Virus record (IMG/VR): IMGVR_UViG_3300021400_000206
Location: 1,615-65,614 of that record
Length of the DNA: 64,000 bases
Reading direction: 5' to 3' (one strand)
From: a virus
The notes beneath the pieces are model-generated. The model searched no databases, had not been told where the DNA came from, and saw nothing but the letters and a program-made list of their open reading frames with translations. Below are positions 49,616-57,625 of this stretch, in pieces. The position numbers and the translations under genes were made by a program. Within the stretch, counting starts at the first letter, position 1. Each line of letters opens with the position of its first letter.

Positions 49616-49933
49616 ATGCAAGAAAAGAAAGTTATTATCGCAGAGGTACGCAGTATCTTTGCTGATGCTGCCGAGGGCCGTGACCTTGAGAACATCGAGG
49701 GACGCCTCTCTATCGCAGCCACCAAGTTAGATGCACTTAACGATAACAAGTGCAAAGGTATCATCGAAGCAATCGATGCAGTCAGAAAAAGCATTGGTAA
49801 AGACCCAGATAAGGCACGTTACCATATCAAAGCTCTCACCTCACTTTTGCGTGATGACACAAGTGGCGCACAAGAAGCACTTGACGAACTCCAAGTTCAC
49901 ACTCTTGTCAGCACTCCCTCGCAAGGCGTTTAG
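49616..49933 (+). CDS. Hypothetical helical protein (start MQEKKV)
   Basis: Stop fused to repeat element. Confidence 0.65.
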   Translation: MQEKKVIIAEVRSIFADAAEGRDLENIEGRLSIAATKLDALNDNKCKGIIEAIDAVRKSIGKDPDKARYHIKALTSLLRDDTSGAQEALDELQVHTLVSTPSQGV

Positions 49934-49935
49934 TC

Positions 49936-51171
49936 TTAGGGCACTCCGGTGCCCGCTATGTAACCAACCACGCGAATCACGGCGGCATCAATCTTCTTTT
50001 GGTCCCCTGCCATGTAACGTGCAGTTACATTCTTGGTCCATGAGTGACCGAGACACATGCCGATAGTTCGCTCGCTGATGTCAAGGTCGTTGGCGGCAAT
50101 CGAGCCGAACGAGTATCGGGAAGAATAAAGGGTTATATTCGGACAGATGGGCGCATACTCCACTTTACGGAGTTTGCCCATCTTGTCTTTTACTTTCCAT
50201 GATGGCCCCACCTTCTTGAGTGCATCACCGCAGGCATGTGTGAACGACCGGTACGAGGTCCTGCAGTCCATGAAACCAAGCAGCCATCCCTCTCTCGACG
50301 GATAGCGGTCTATAATCTCTTGGGCCTCCCGAACGACCGGAAGGGTTATCGTGCGAACCTTTGTGGCACCCTCCTTGTCTGTCTTTCTTCTTATGAAGCT
50401 GATATGCCCGTCTTTTATGGCATCCGCTTTCAGGCTCAGAAGATCCACGGCATTCATACCGGCAAGGTAAAGCGAAAGGAAAAAGAAATCAACATAAGGT
50501 TTCTGCCAGCTCTCGCAGGGAAAGTCGCGCAGTCTTCTAAGCACTTCTACGGGTATATTGTTGGGAGTTGTCTCCTGCTCTACGATGTGGTAATCCGTGA
50601 AAGGGTAGTTCTTTGTGTAACCCTTTCTCCGGGCCCAATTAAACACGGCCCTGATGTTACGCAATTCCTTACCTATTCCGTTGGTGCCCATTCCAAGGGA
50701 TTTAAAGTGTGCTCTGAACGACTCAAGCCACTCAGCCGAACAATTATCCAATGTCGCTCTGTCATCGTACTGAGCGACCTTATTTGCGGTCAGCATATAG
50801 ATGGAACGAGTGCTTGCCTTCTTTGCGTCCGCAAACTCTCTGATAAAATCAGATAACAACTTGTATCTTTCTTTTGGTTTGACACCAAGCACCTCTTGCT
50901 GAATCCTGGCTTTGAGGTGTTTGTTATCCAACTCTGTCATTTCTGACATCATACACAATGCTTCTGTGTCTGTCAGATACTTACAGAGAAGGGTAGTCTT
51001 TACCTTCCCGTTCTTATCCGACTTCGGGAAGGTCCTTCCAACCAATCTGTCTGTTGTGGTCATGCCCGCATTAACAAAAAAGCGGCCTGCATGATTCTTT
51101 ACTACGATGTAAACGGGATAGCTGCCATCGGCATTTGCCCGTGTCATGTCTACATAAGGATAGATTCTCAT
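49936..51171 (-). CDS. int: Phage integrase (tyrosine recombinase with N-terminal arm-binding domain)
   Basis: Start MRIYPY..DGSYPVYI; SAM-like domain LRNIRAVFNWA; GMNAVDL, RRKT, YSSRYSF, LGHS, TARY; adjacent to attP. Confidence 0.9.
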   Translation of the reverse strand: MRIYPYVDMTRANADGSYPVYIVVKNHAGRFFVNAGMTTTDRLVGRTFPKSDKNGKVKTTLLCKYLTDTEALCMMSEMTELDNKHLKARIQQEVLGVKPKERYKLLSDFIREFADAKKASTRSIYMLTANKVAQYDDRATLDNCSAEWLESFRAHFKSLGMGTNGIGKELRNIRAVFNWARRKGYTKNYPFTDYHIVEQETTPNNIPVEVLRRLRDFPCESWQKPYVDFFFLSLYLAGMNAVDLLSLKADAIKDGHISFIRRKTDKEGATKVRTITLPVVREAQEIIDRYPSREGWLLGFMDCRTSYRSFTHACGDALKKVGPSWKVKDKMGKLRKVEYAPICPNITLYSSRYSFGSIAANDLDISERTIGMCLGHSWTKNVTARYMAGDQKKIDAAVIRVVGYIAGTGVP

Positions 51172-51357
51172 ACCTATATTTTTTGAGTTAAACGTTTTGC
51201 TGACCGGCAGCGAGACAACAAATATGCTTGCTGTACTGACTGCTGACCGTTTATTACCTCCAAAACCATCAAAACCAATGTATATTACATGGCGAAAGGT
51301 CTTTTTGGCCTCTTGTGGTATAGGTACTTTTTTATGTAAATTACTGATAATCAGAGA

Positions 51358-51400
51358 TGAGCGGAATATGGGAGTCGAACCCACCTCCCAGGCTTGGGAA
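51358..51400 (-). other. attP core: 3' half of tRNA-Gly(CCC)
   Basis: Minus strand TTCCCAAGCCTGGGAGGTGGGTTCGACTCCCATATTCCGCTCA runs from anticodon loop to discriminator; 5' half absent; next to integrase start. Confidence 0.85.
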
Positions 51401-51454
51401 ATCTACACGCCTTTCTGATACCTAATACCAATAAGGGTTTCGGAGAGGATTTGC

Positions 51455-51751
51455 CTATTGTTGTACTGATTGCTGACTTTTCAGCTCTCTACTCTCATTC
51501 TGCAGTCGGGTGATGGTCTCCTGCATGTTGCGTATCTGAAAGTCCGTGCGCTCCTTGTAATTCTTGCGCATGGCCTTCTGATGTTCCAATCGGCGGGTCA
51601 GATCTCTGACCTCCATCTCCAACCGATAAACATCGCTTTCCGACTTGAGGTGCTCGATATCTTGCCTCAGTCGCTCACACTCCTGCTGACTCTTCCTGTA
51701 ATCAGCAAGGAGGTACTTATACATTGTCTCTAAAGGTATGTCATTATTCAT
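51455..51751 (-). CDS. Coiled-coil hypothetical protein (98 aa)
   Basis: Downstream of repressor gene. Confidence 0.7.
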   Translation of the reverse strand: MNNDIPLETMYKYLLADYRKSQQECERLRQDIEHLKSESDVYRLEMEVRDLTRRLEHQKAMRKNYKERTDFQIRNMQETITRLQNESRELKSQQSVQQ

Positions 51752-51755
51752 ATCA

Positions 51756-52061
51756 CTAACCTAACTTGATTATTTTATTGAGTATGTTTGCTAATTCGAG
51801 AGTCAAAGCTGCGCGTTCCTTGTCCTTTTCAGAGGTATTCGCATTCTGCTTACTTCTAAGCATTTCGCCCTTACCTCCGGAAAGAAGCCAGTCGCCCGAT
51901 ATGTCATCGAACGACGAATAAATTAACTCATGGTCGAACGAGTCCCGCTTTTCCCAAGAGTTGATTGTCTGCGCCTTCACACCAAGGATAGCCGCAAACT
52001 TAGCCTTATTCCCATTCGTATAATGGGTAATCAGCATCTCTAACATTTCAGACTTATTCAT
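51756..52061 (-). CDS. CI-like repressor (HTH)
   Basis: NKAKFAAILGVKAQTINSW..R, ISGDWLLSG.GEM; divergent from cro-like gene. Confidence 0.85.
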   Translation of the reverse strand: MNKSEMLEMLITHYTNGNKAKFAAILGVKAQTINSWEKRDSFDHELIYSSFDDISGDWLLSGGKGEMLRSKQNANTSEKDKERAALTLELANILNKIIKLG

Positions 52062-52091
52062 ACCGAATCATAATTTTAGTTAAAAAACAAC

Positions 52092-52194
52092 GCAAAATGC
52101 TTATGTTACAAGCAAAATGCTTATCTTTGCAATCGATAACGAGACAAAGTTCGTTTACAACTTGTTTATATTCTCGTTGAAGAAAGCAAAGTTA
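52092..52194. promoter_or_regulatory. Genetic switch: operators and face-to-face promoters
   Basis: GCAAAATGCTTAT direct repeats at 52092 and 52112; TATCTTTG (+, 52122-52129); TAACTTTG (-, 52187-52194). Confidence 0.7.
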
Positions 52195-52259
52195 GGGATT
52201 AAATCCCGAAATTATTCAAAATGAGTATCAATATTAATAAAATTAAATAAAGTTTAACA

Positions 52260-52451
52260 ATGGCAAGAAGAAAAGAAATCATTCAGATTCCAAAGGGACA
52301 CATTGATAAATTGATGGAAGCCACGGGTAGTTCGCGGTCTGCCGTTTGGAACGCACTTGCTTACCGCTGTGACTCAGAGGCGGCCAAAAACATACGCAAA
52401 ATGGCCCTCGAATCATTCGGAGGAGTAAAGACAAGGAAGCTGGTTCTGTAG
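52260..52451 (+). CDS. Cro-like small DNA-binding protein
   Basis: LMEATGSSRSAVWNAL...AKNIRKMAL...GG; first gene divergent from repressor. Confidence 0.7.
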   Translation: MARRKEIIQIPKGHIDKLMEATGSSRSAVWNALAYRCDSEAAKNIRKMALESFGGVKTRKLVL

Positions 52452-52545
52452 TTATGAGAGAGTCAAGAGATAACATAATCATAACGATCATCGGCATTAT
52501 CGCTTTCATGATGATGGTAGCCATGGTCCTTTATGTTGAATTGGT

Positions 52546-52776
52546 ATGGAAACATTAAAAGTGGCAAAGGTAGATACAACTCGTCTTTGGATGAGTAATG
52601 CAGAAGCAAAGAAATACCTTGGCGTAGGAACAGAATGGTTGAAGACGAGGAGAAAGAACGGAACACTCCACTACTCCAAAGTCGGAAAGACCATCTTCTA
52701 TATTAAGTCAGAGCTTGACAATTTGATCCGCAAGGGTGCGGTTTCAGGCAAGCAGACTTTCTTATGCGTAAAGTAG
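52546..52776 (+). CDS. Excisionase-like HTH_17 protein
   Basis: WMSNAEAKKYLGVG..WL...R..G.L.YSKVG...FY...ELD. Confidence 0.8.
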   Translation: METLKVAKVDTTRLWMSNAEAKKYLGVGTEWLKTRRKNGTLHYSKVGKTIFYIKSELDNLIRKGAVSGKQTFLCVK

Positions 52777-53174
52777 ATTTTGGTTTTAGGTCTTTTTTAT
52801 GAGTATTTTGATTATTTTTTGACGTGTGGACGTTGTGAAACGTTTAAGGTTTAATAATTGCTATTTGTTTAGGAAGTGACCCTACCCATCCGTGAGGACC
52901 GGTAGGTTTTTAGGAGAAGTTAAACAACTTTAGATATTCTCTGTTTATTAACCCTATAAGCCCCGACAAGGACGGGGAGAGGTGAAAGTCCTCAACGGAC
53001 CGCTTAATTTGCAACTGATTCCATAGCCCTCAGCGGAGGGCAAACGGGGAGAAAGGTTTTCGGGTTCGACTCCCGGCTCCCCACAAATTTTGATCTAATG
53101 TGTTAGCTCAGTAAAGTTCATTTTTATAAATCAGAAATTTTTTAAGGCTGCCTGTTGTGAAACACGCAGTATTC

Positions 53175-53289
53175 CACTGCATAGCTCAGTTGGTAGAGCA
53201 TCGGCAAGAATGAATAATTTGAAAGTACGTATTTGCCATAAGTTGATGATAATAGCCGGAGGTCGCGGGTCCGAGTCCCGCTGCAGTGA
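53175..53289 (+). ncRNA. tRNA-like RNA with 49-nt insert replacing the anticodon loop
   Basis: Acceptor CACTGCA/TGCAGTG, D arm GCTC-AGTTGGTA-GAGC, stem TCGGC/GCCGG around 53206-53254, T arm GCGGG-TCCGAGT-CCCGC. Confidence 0.75.
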
Positions 53290-53309
53290 CAAGTTAGATA
53301 GTAAAGAAG

Positions 53310-53480
53310 ATGATTATAGAAGTCTCGAAAACAAATTGGAACAAGATGATGGCACTGATAGACAAATCGGTGGATATTATCAAAGCAGGCAATCCGACCA
53401 ACAAGGAGTACAACACGGCCAGGATGCTCTCAGTAACAAAGAAGGCTATTCTTCGCAACTGCAAGATAGATGGCGAGTAA
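53310..53480 (+). CDS. Small hypothetical protein (56 aa; not in ORF track)
   Basis: Manual translation MIIEVSKTNWNKMMALIDKS...KIDGE. Confidence 0.55.
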   Translation: MIIEVSKTNWNKMMALIDKSVDIIKAGNPTNKEYNTARMLSVTKKAILRNCKIDGE

Positions 53481-53676
53481 TAGTCAGAGGCCCGTGATGT
53501 GCTACTGCACGGAGTGCGGGAGGGCGAAGCTGGTCCAATACGAAACGGACCCCGTAATAGCAATATGCGATAACGGAGAGAGAAATGTAGCCAGCGCGCC
53601 GGTCATGTGCAAACGTTCCACAAAGGTGAAGAAAATCAGATGTATCGAGAATCTTCCGAAGAAAATAGGACTATAG
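53470..53676 (+). CDS. Small Cys-rich protein
   Basis: CTEC...C...C. Confidence 0.6.
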   Translation: MASNSQRPVMCYCTECGRAKLVQYETDPVIAICDNGERNVASAPVMCKRSTKVKKIRCIENLPKKIGL

Positions 53677-53721
53677 AGACGTGCCGATGGCACATAGTAA
53701 TAATTTAAAAGTTTTATCATT

Positions 53722-54174
53722 ATGAAGAGTATTACGGGAATGTGGTTCCTCTGCAAAATCCGCCACGAAAAAACAATGGATGATGGCACATGTAAGACTA
53801 TAACTGAACAGTTTGTAGTCGCAGCATTAAGCTTTACAGAAGCCGAAGCTCGCATCACCAAAGAGATTAGCTCTTACGTGAGTGGCGATTTCGAGGTTGT
53901 TGAGATTGACCGCTGCAAGTTCAAGGAGATATTCTTCGTCGAGGAGGGTGTCGAGGCCGACAAGTATTACAAGGCCAAACTCCAGTTCATCACCATCGAC
54001 GAGAAGACCGAGAAAGAGAAGAAGACTTCTGTTTACTATCTCGTCCAGGCTGATAGCTTCGAACATGCTCGCAAGAACATCGACGAAGTCATGGGTGACA
54101 CATCGTTCGACTATGTCATCTCGTCCGTTTCAGAGACACAGGTTCTTGATGTTTACAAGTACAAGAATGACTAA
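53722..54174 (+). CDS. DUF4494-family protein
   Basis: WFLCKIRHEK...ALSFTEAEARI...YYKAKLQFITIDEK. Confidence 0.85.
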   Translation: MKSITGMWFLCKIRHEKTMDDGTCKTITEQFVVAALSFTEAEARITKEISSYVSGDFEVVEIDRCKFKEIFFVEEGVEADKYYKAKLQFITIDEKTEKEKKTSVYYLVQADSFEHARKNIDEVMGDTSFDYVISSVSETQVLDVYKYKND

Positions 54175-54331
54175 CGGTCTGTATTTCTACGCCAGGCATC
54201 GCAGCATGTGGGGTGTGTGGAAGCGAGATAATCCTAACGAGAGTGCCCGCAGCGGCACTTTCGTAAAGGATTTCCCAACAAAAGAAGAGGCCCGGAATGA
54301 GGTGTATAAACTCAACGGGTGGAAAAAATAA
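54167..54331 (+). CDS. Small hypothetical protein (start MTNGLY)
   Basis: Overlaps previous stop; TKEEARNEVYKLNGW. Confidence 0.6.
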   Translation: MTNGLYFYARHRSMWGVWKRDNPNESARSGTFVKDFPTKEEARNEVYKLNGWKK

Positions 54332-54357
54332 GTAATAGTAATTAAAAATTTAACAAG

Positions 54358-54675
54358 ATGAGAAACAAGAAAAAGAACAATCAGAAAGTAAATCCTGCAG
54401 ATGTCACATTCAAGAAGGTGTTCGACCTTATAGCTCCCGAGGTTGACAAGTGCAGAAAGCGCGGCGCACTCGTTGTCTATGTTGACGAAGAGGCTGGCGA
54501 TGGCAAGGTTTCTCTGAACGCATTCAAATGTGGCAATCCGGAGATCGTATCGCAGGCACTCTACAAGGTCATGACAGAAGACAAGAGATATCGCAAGATG
54601 GTCTTCGATGCCGTGGAGAGGTTCAAGGTTGCCAGCTTTTTGGATAGGATTAACAAAGTCTTCCGTAATAAGTAA
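54358..54675 (+). CDS. Hypothetical protein (105 aa)
   Basis: ORF track; A-rich leader. Confidence 0.75.
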   Translation: MRNKKKNNQKVNPADVTFKKVFDLIAPEVDKCRKRGALVVYVDEEAGDGKVSLNAFKCGNPEIVSQALYKVMTEDKRYRKMVFDAVERFKVASFLDRINKVFRNK

Positions 54676-54687
54676 ATCGAATCGGTT

Positions 54688-55584
54688 ATGGAGAATATAC
54701 TTGAAACATTGAAGACTGCTCCCCACGAGAGCATTCCCGAACTTGCTCACAAGAAGTTTGTTGAGGTTTATTCGCAGAAATTCGGCAGCTCCGATGCTGA
54801 GGCATTCTATGAGGAGCAGAAGAATCTCTTCATCTCTGAGATGAGCAACGGGTCCTATAAGGACTTCTTGAAAAGTGCCACGGGCGAATCAATCTATTTC
54901 GCCTTCCTCTTCCTCGCAATTAACGGACTTTCCATTGAGAAGGGCTCCACCACCACCTGCTATCTCGAATGCAAGCGCGTCAAAATTGGTGAGCAGCAGG
55001 GCAAGGACGGAAAGACTTATCCGGTCTATCAGCCGAATGCCTGCATCACCGTTACCGGTTACGGCGAGATCGTTCTCCGTCAGCGCGCAGGGCAGATCAC
55101 ATCGGTCGACTCTCCCAAGGTGGTGTACGATTGCGACACGCTCCGTTTCGGAGAGCGCGACGGAAAATCGTATCTCGAATACGAGAAGGCTATCCCCCGT
55201 CCGATGGGGTCCAAGATTATCGCCTGCTTCATAAAGATTGTGAAGACCGATAAGACTTACGACTATTTCGTGCTCGATCGCGACGAAATCCTTCGTCTCA
55301 AGAATTATTCCGGCAATGCCAATAAATATTGGGACAATGACAGGAAATGCTATATCATGCGCCCCAATGCTCTCTACGGAACAGCCGAGGATGGCTCTGA
55401 TATCGACACAGGCTTCCTCAAGTCGAAGACTGTCAAACATGCATTCAAGGGCTATCCGAAACTCAAGATTGGTGCAGGCGGCTCGCTCGAAGCTGATAAG
55501 GACATCGAGCAGGTCGACAACACCCCGGCACCTGCACCATCAAAGACCGAGGATAATAATCCCGACGACCCATTTAACTCATAA
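54688..55584 (+). CDS. recT: RecT-family single-strand annealing protein
   Basis: LAINGLS, ITVTGYGE...RAGQI...VVYDCD, KTVKHAFK.YPK; acidic tail; next to exonuclease. Confidence 0.8.
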   Translation: MENILETLKTAPHESIPELAHKKFVEVYSQKFGSSDAEAFYEEQKNLFISEMSNGSYKDFLKSATGESIYFAFLFLAINGLSIEKGSTTTCYLECKRVKIGEQQGKDGKTYPVYQPNACITVTGYGEIVLRQRAGQITSVDSPKVVYDCDTLRFGERDGKSYLEYEKAIPRPMGSKIIACFIKIVKTDKTYDYFVLDRDEILRLKNYSGNANKYWDNDRKCYIMRPNALYGTAEDGSDIDTGFLKSKTVKHAFKGYPKLKIGAGGSLEADKDIEQVDNTPAPAPSKTEDNNPDDPFNS

Positions 55585-55589
55585 TTAAT

Positions 55590-56960
55590 ATGGCAGAAAA
55601 TCAGTTACAAGTAATTGCAAAACAGGCTGGTGAGGTAACAAAGAATATCTCATCTATCAAGTCCGACATATCACAGGCTATCACAGAGAACAACAAATCT
55701 CTGCAGAACTGTATCTCAGCAGGCGAGAATCTTCTCGCCCTGTCTGAGAACATGACCGACGAACTCGATGCTCAGATAGCATCATTCATCAAGAATGCCA
55801 CGGCCACCAAGAAGGCTATGACCGAACGCCGAAAGACCGTCACGCAGGTTTTCGACCTCGTAAAGTCCGGCTTCACAAAGATGGAGTCCTTCCTCGATTC
55901 CAAGTCCGAGGATTCCGTCATCTACAAGTTGCAGAAGAAGCGCGACGAATATGCTGCCTACAAGGTTGAGCTGCAGCGCAAGGCCGAAGAGGAACGCCAG
56001 CGTCTCGCTCGTATCGAGGCTGCAAAGGTACAGCTTCACGATGATGTCATCTCTATCTGCAATCAGATTGTCAACGAGAAGACTTCCGAAGCTCTCGACA
56101 AACTTTCCGAGAAGTTCCGCCTCCTCACCCTCGACAATGCCGATGTGATAAAGAAGGAGATAGCCGACTTCTCCACCGAGATCAAGATCTCCGCATTCTT
56201 GGCCGAGCGCAAGCCATCCGTTCCGCAGGAGGTTAATCCCGATGAGGCTCGTCAGATTATGAATGCCGCCTATAAGGAGGTGGTCGATTCTCTTACCAAG
56301 TCATACTCCGACTCTGTAGCATCTACCAAGCAGGACATTCTCGACCAGTTCGATTCAAAGATTGCTGAACTCCAGGAACAGAAACGTCTCGCAGAGGAGA
56401 GACGTAAGGCTGAGGAAGAGGCGCGTAAGGCCGAAGAGGAACGTAAACGCAAGGAATCCGAACTCAAAGCTGCTAAGGATGAGGAAGAGCGCAAGCGCAA
56501 GGAAGCAGAGTTGAAGGCTGCTGAGGAGGAGCGCAAGCGCAAAGAGGCCGAGGCTGCTGCTGCCGAAGAGGAGCGCAAGCGCAAGGAGGCCGAACTCAAG
56601 GCTGCTGAGGAGGCTGCTGAGAAAGAGCGCGCCGCCAAAGCAGAGGAGGAGCGAAAGGCTCGCGAGGAAGAGGAACGTCTGCGCAAGGCTACTAATCAAA
56701 CTCAGTCACTCTTCGACCAGGCTCCTGCCGCAGCTCCTACCAAGGCAAAGATTTCTCATCGCATCGAAATCGATGCTCCCGAAGGCTACCTCGCCATCAT
56801 TCAGATGTGGTGGGCGCACGAGGGCTCTACCATGTCGATGGAGGATTTGGCAAAGAAGCTGGGCTTCATGGTCAAGGCTTGTGAGAAACTAAAGAACAAG
56901 GAGGACGTTTCTGTCGTCGATGCTAACGTCCGCTATGTCGAAGAAATTGCTGCAAAGTAA
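55590..56960 (+). CDS. Long coiled-coil protein with EEERKRKEAE repeats
   Basis: 456 aa; tandem charged repeats at about 56400-56690. Confidence 0.85.
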   Translation: MAENQLQVIAKQAGEVTKNISSIKSDISQAITENNKSLQNCISAGENLLALSENMTDELDAQIASFIKNATATKKAMTERRKTVTQVFDLVKSGFTKMESFLDSKSEDSVIYKLQKKRDEYAAYKVELQRKAEEERQRLARIEAAKVQLHDDVISICNQIVNEKTSEALDKLSEKFRLLTLDNADVIKKEIADFSTEIKISAFLAERKPSVPQEVNPDEARQIMNAAYKEVVDSLTKSYSDSVASTKQDILDQFDSKIAELQEQKRLAEERRKAEEEARKAEEERKRKESELKAAKDEEERKRKEAELKAAEEERKRKEAEAAAAEEERKRKEAELKAAEEAAEKERAAKAEEERKAREEEERLRKATNQTQSLFDQAPAAAPTKAKISHRIEIDAPEGYLAIIQMWWAHEGSTMSMEDLAKKLGFMVKACEKLKNKEDVSVVDANVRYVEEIAAK

Positions 56961-57625
56961 TGGACCCGTATTATTCTCGAAGTGAGGTCAGTAATTCTGA
57001 CCTTACTTCTCTCAAGTATCGGCTCTATCCGCAGCTCGATTTTGTCAAGCCAAAGGATAAGAAGAAGGCCTTCCATTTAGGGACCCTCGTCGACGGGCTT
57101 GTCACAGAGCCTAAGAACTGCAATCATTTTCGCTACACCGTAGGCGATGAGCAGTACACGAAGGAAGAATGGGCGTGGGGAAAGAAGCAGCTCGATAAAC
57201 TGCGCAAGGCAGCTACCAAAGACCCGTTCCTGGCACACGTTCTCGAACATGCCGACGGACAGAAATGGTTTGCTACTGAGTCGCAGCATTTCGATGTCGG
57301 ATGCTACTCTTTCGATTTACCAACGAGGTGCAAATTTGATTGGTGGCTGGGTAGCTTCGGAGGCGATCTCAAGACTACGGTTGCCACTACGCAGGACCAA
57401 TTCGAGAAATGCATAGATTATTTCGAATGGGATAGAAGCCGTGCTTGGTACATGGACCTTGTAAACTCCATCAATCCTGCATACGGAAACCAGGATTTCA
57501 TCTACGCAGTCTCGAAGACCGCAAACAAGGTTTTCTTTAAGAAGATTATCCGTGGTGACGAGACCTATAACAGAGGCCGAGAGAAATACGAGGAGCTTGC
57601 TTTCAAGTATTATCTGTTTGTTTAG
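56960..57625 (+). CDS. PD-(D/E)XK exonuclease (RecE/exonuclease VIII-like)
   Basis: YYSRSEVSNSDL, GTLVD, RCKFD, DLKTT, WY. Confidence 0.82.
   Translation: MDPYYSRSEVSNSDLTSLKYRLYPQLDFVKPKDKKKAFHLGTLVDGLVTEPKNCNHFRYTVGDEQYTKEEWAWGKKQLDKLRKAATKDPFLAHVLEHADGQKWFATESQHFDVGCYSFDLPTRCKFDWWLGSFGGDLKTTVATTQDQFEKCIDYFEWDRSRAWYMDLVNSINPAYGNQDFIYAVSKTANKVFFKKIIRGDETYNRGREKYEELAFKYYLFV

Larger units (their letters stand above)
39007..49965 (+). repeat. Dispersed intergenic element TAGTCT-N1-4-hairpin-(ACTA)-TTAACC, 17 copies in this span plus one at 57623
   Basis: Starts at 39007, 39317, 39597, 39820, 40036, 41920, 43017, 43987, 44243, 44886, 46297, 46689, 47226, 47737, 48114, 48605, 49931; degenerate copy at 38731. 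Confidence 0.92.

Noticed and set aside
39007-49965. Elements as canonical attC sites or intrinsic terminators
   Set aside because: They lack RYYYAAC...GTTRRRY ends and U-tracts; kept as a distinct element instead.
51172-51384. N-terminal 71-aa extension of the integrase ORF
   Set aside because: It runs through attP and arm repeats; the domain begins at MRIYPY (51171).
51358-51400. Functional tRNA-Gly gene
   Set aside because: Only the 3' half is present; interpreted as attP.
53210-53497. 95-aa + strand ORF
   Set aside because: Starts inside the tRNA-like structure; the 56-aa ORF at 53310-53480 fits the gap better.
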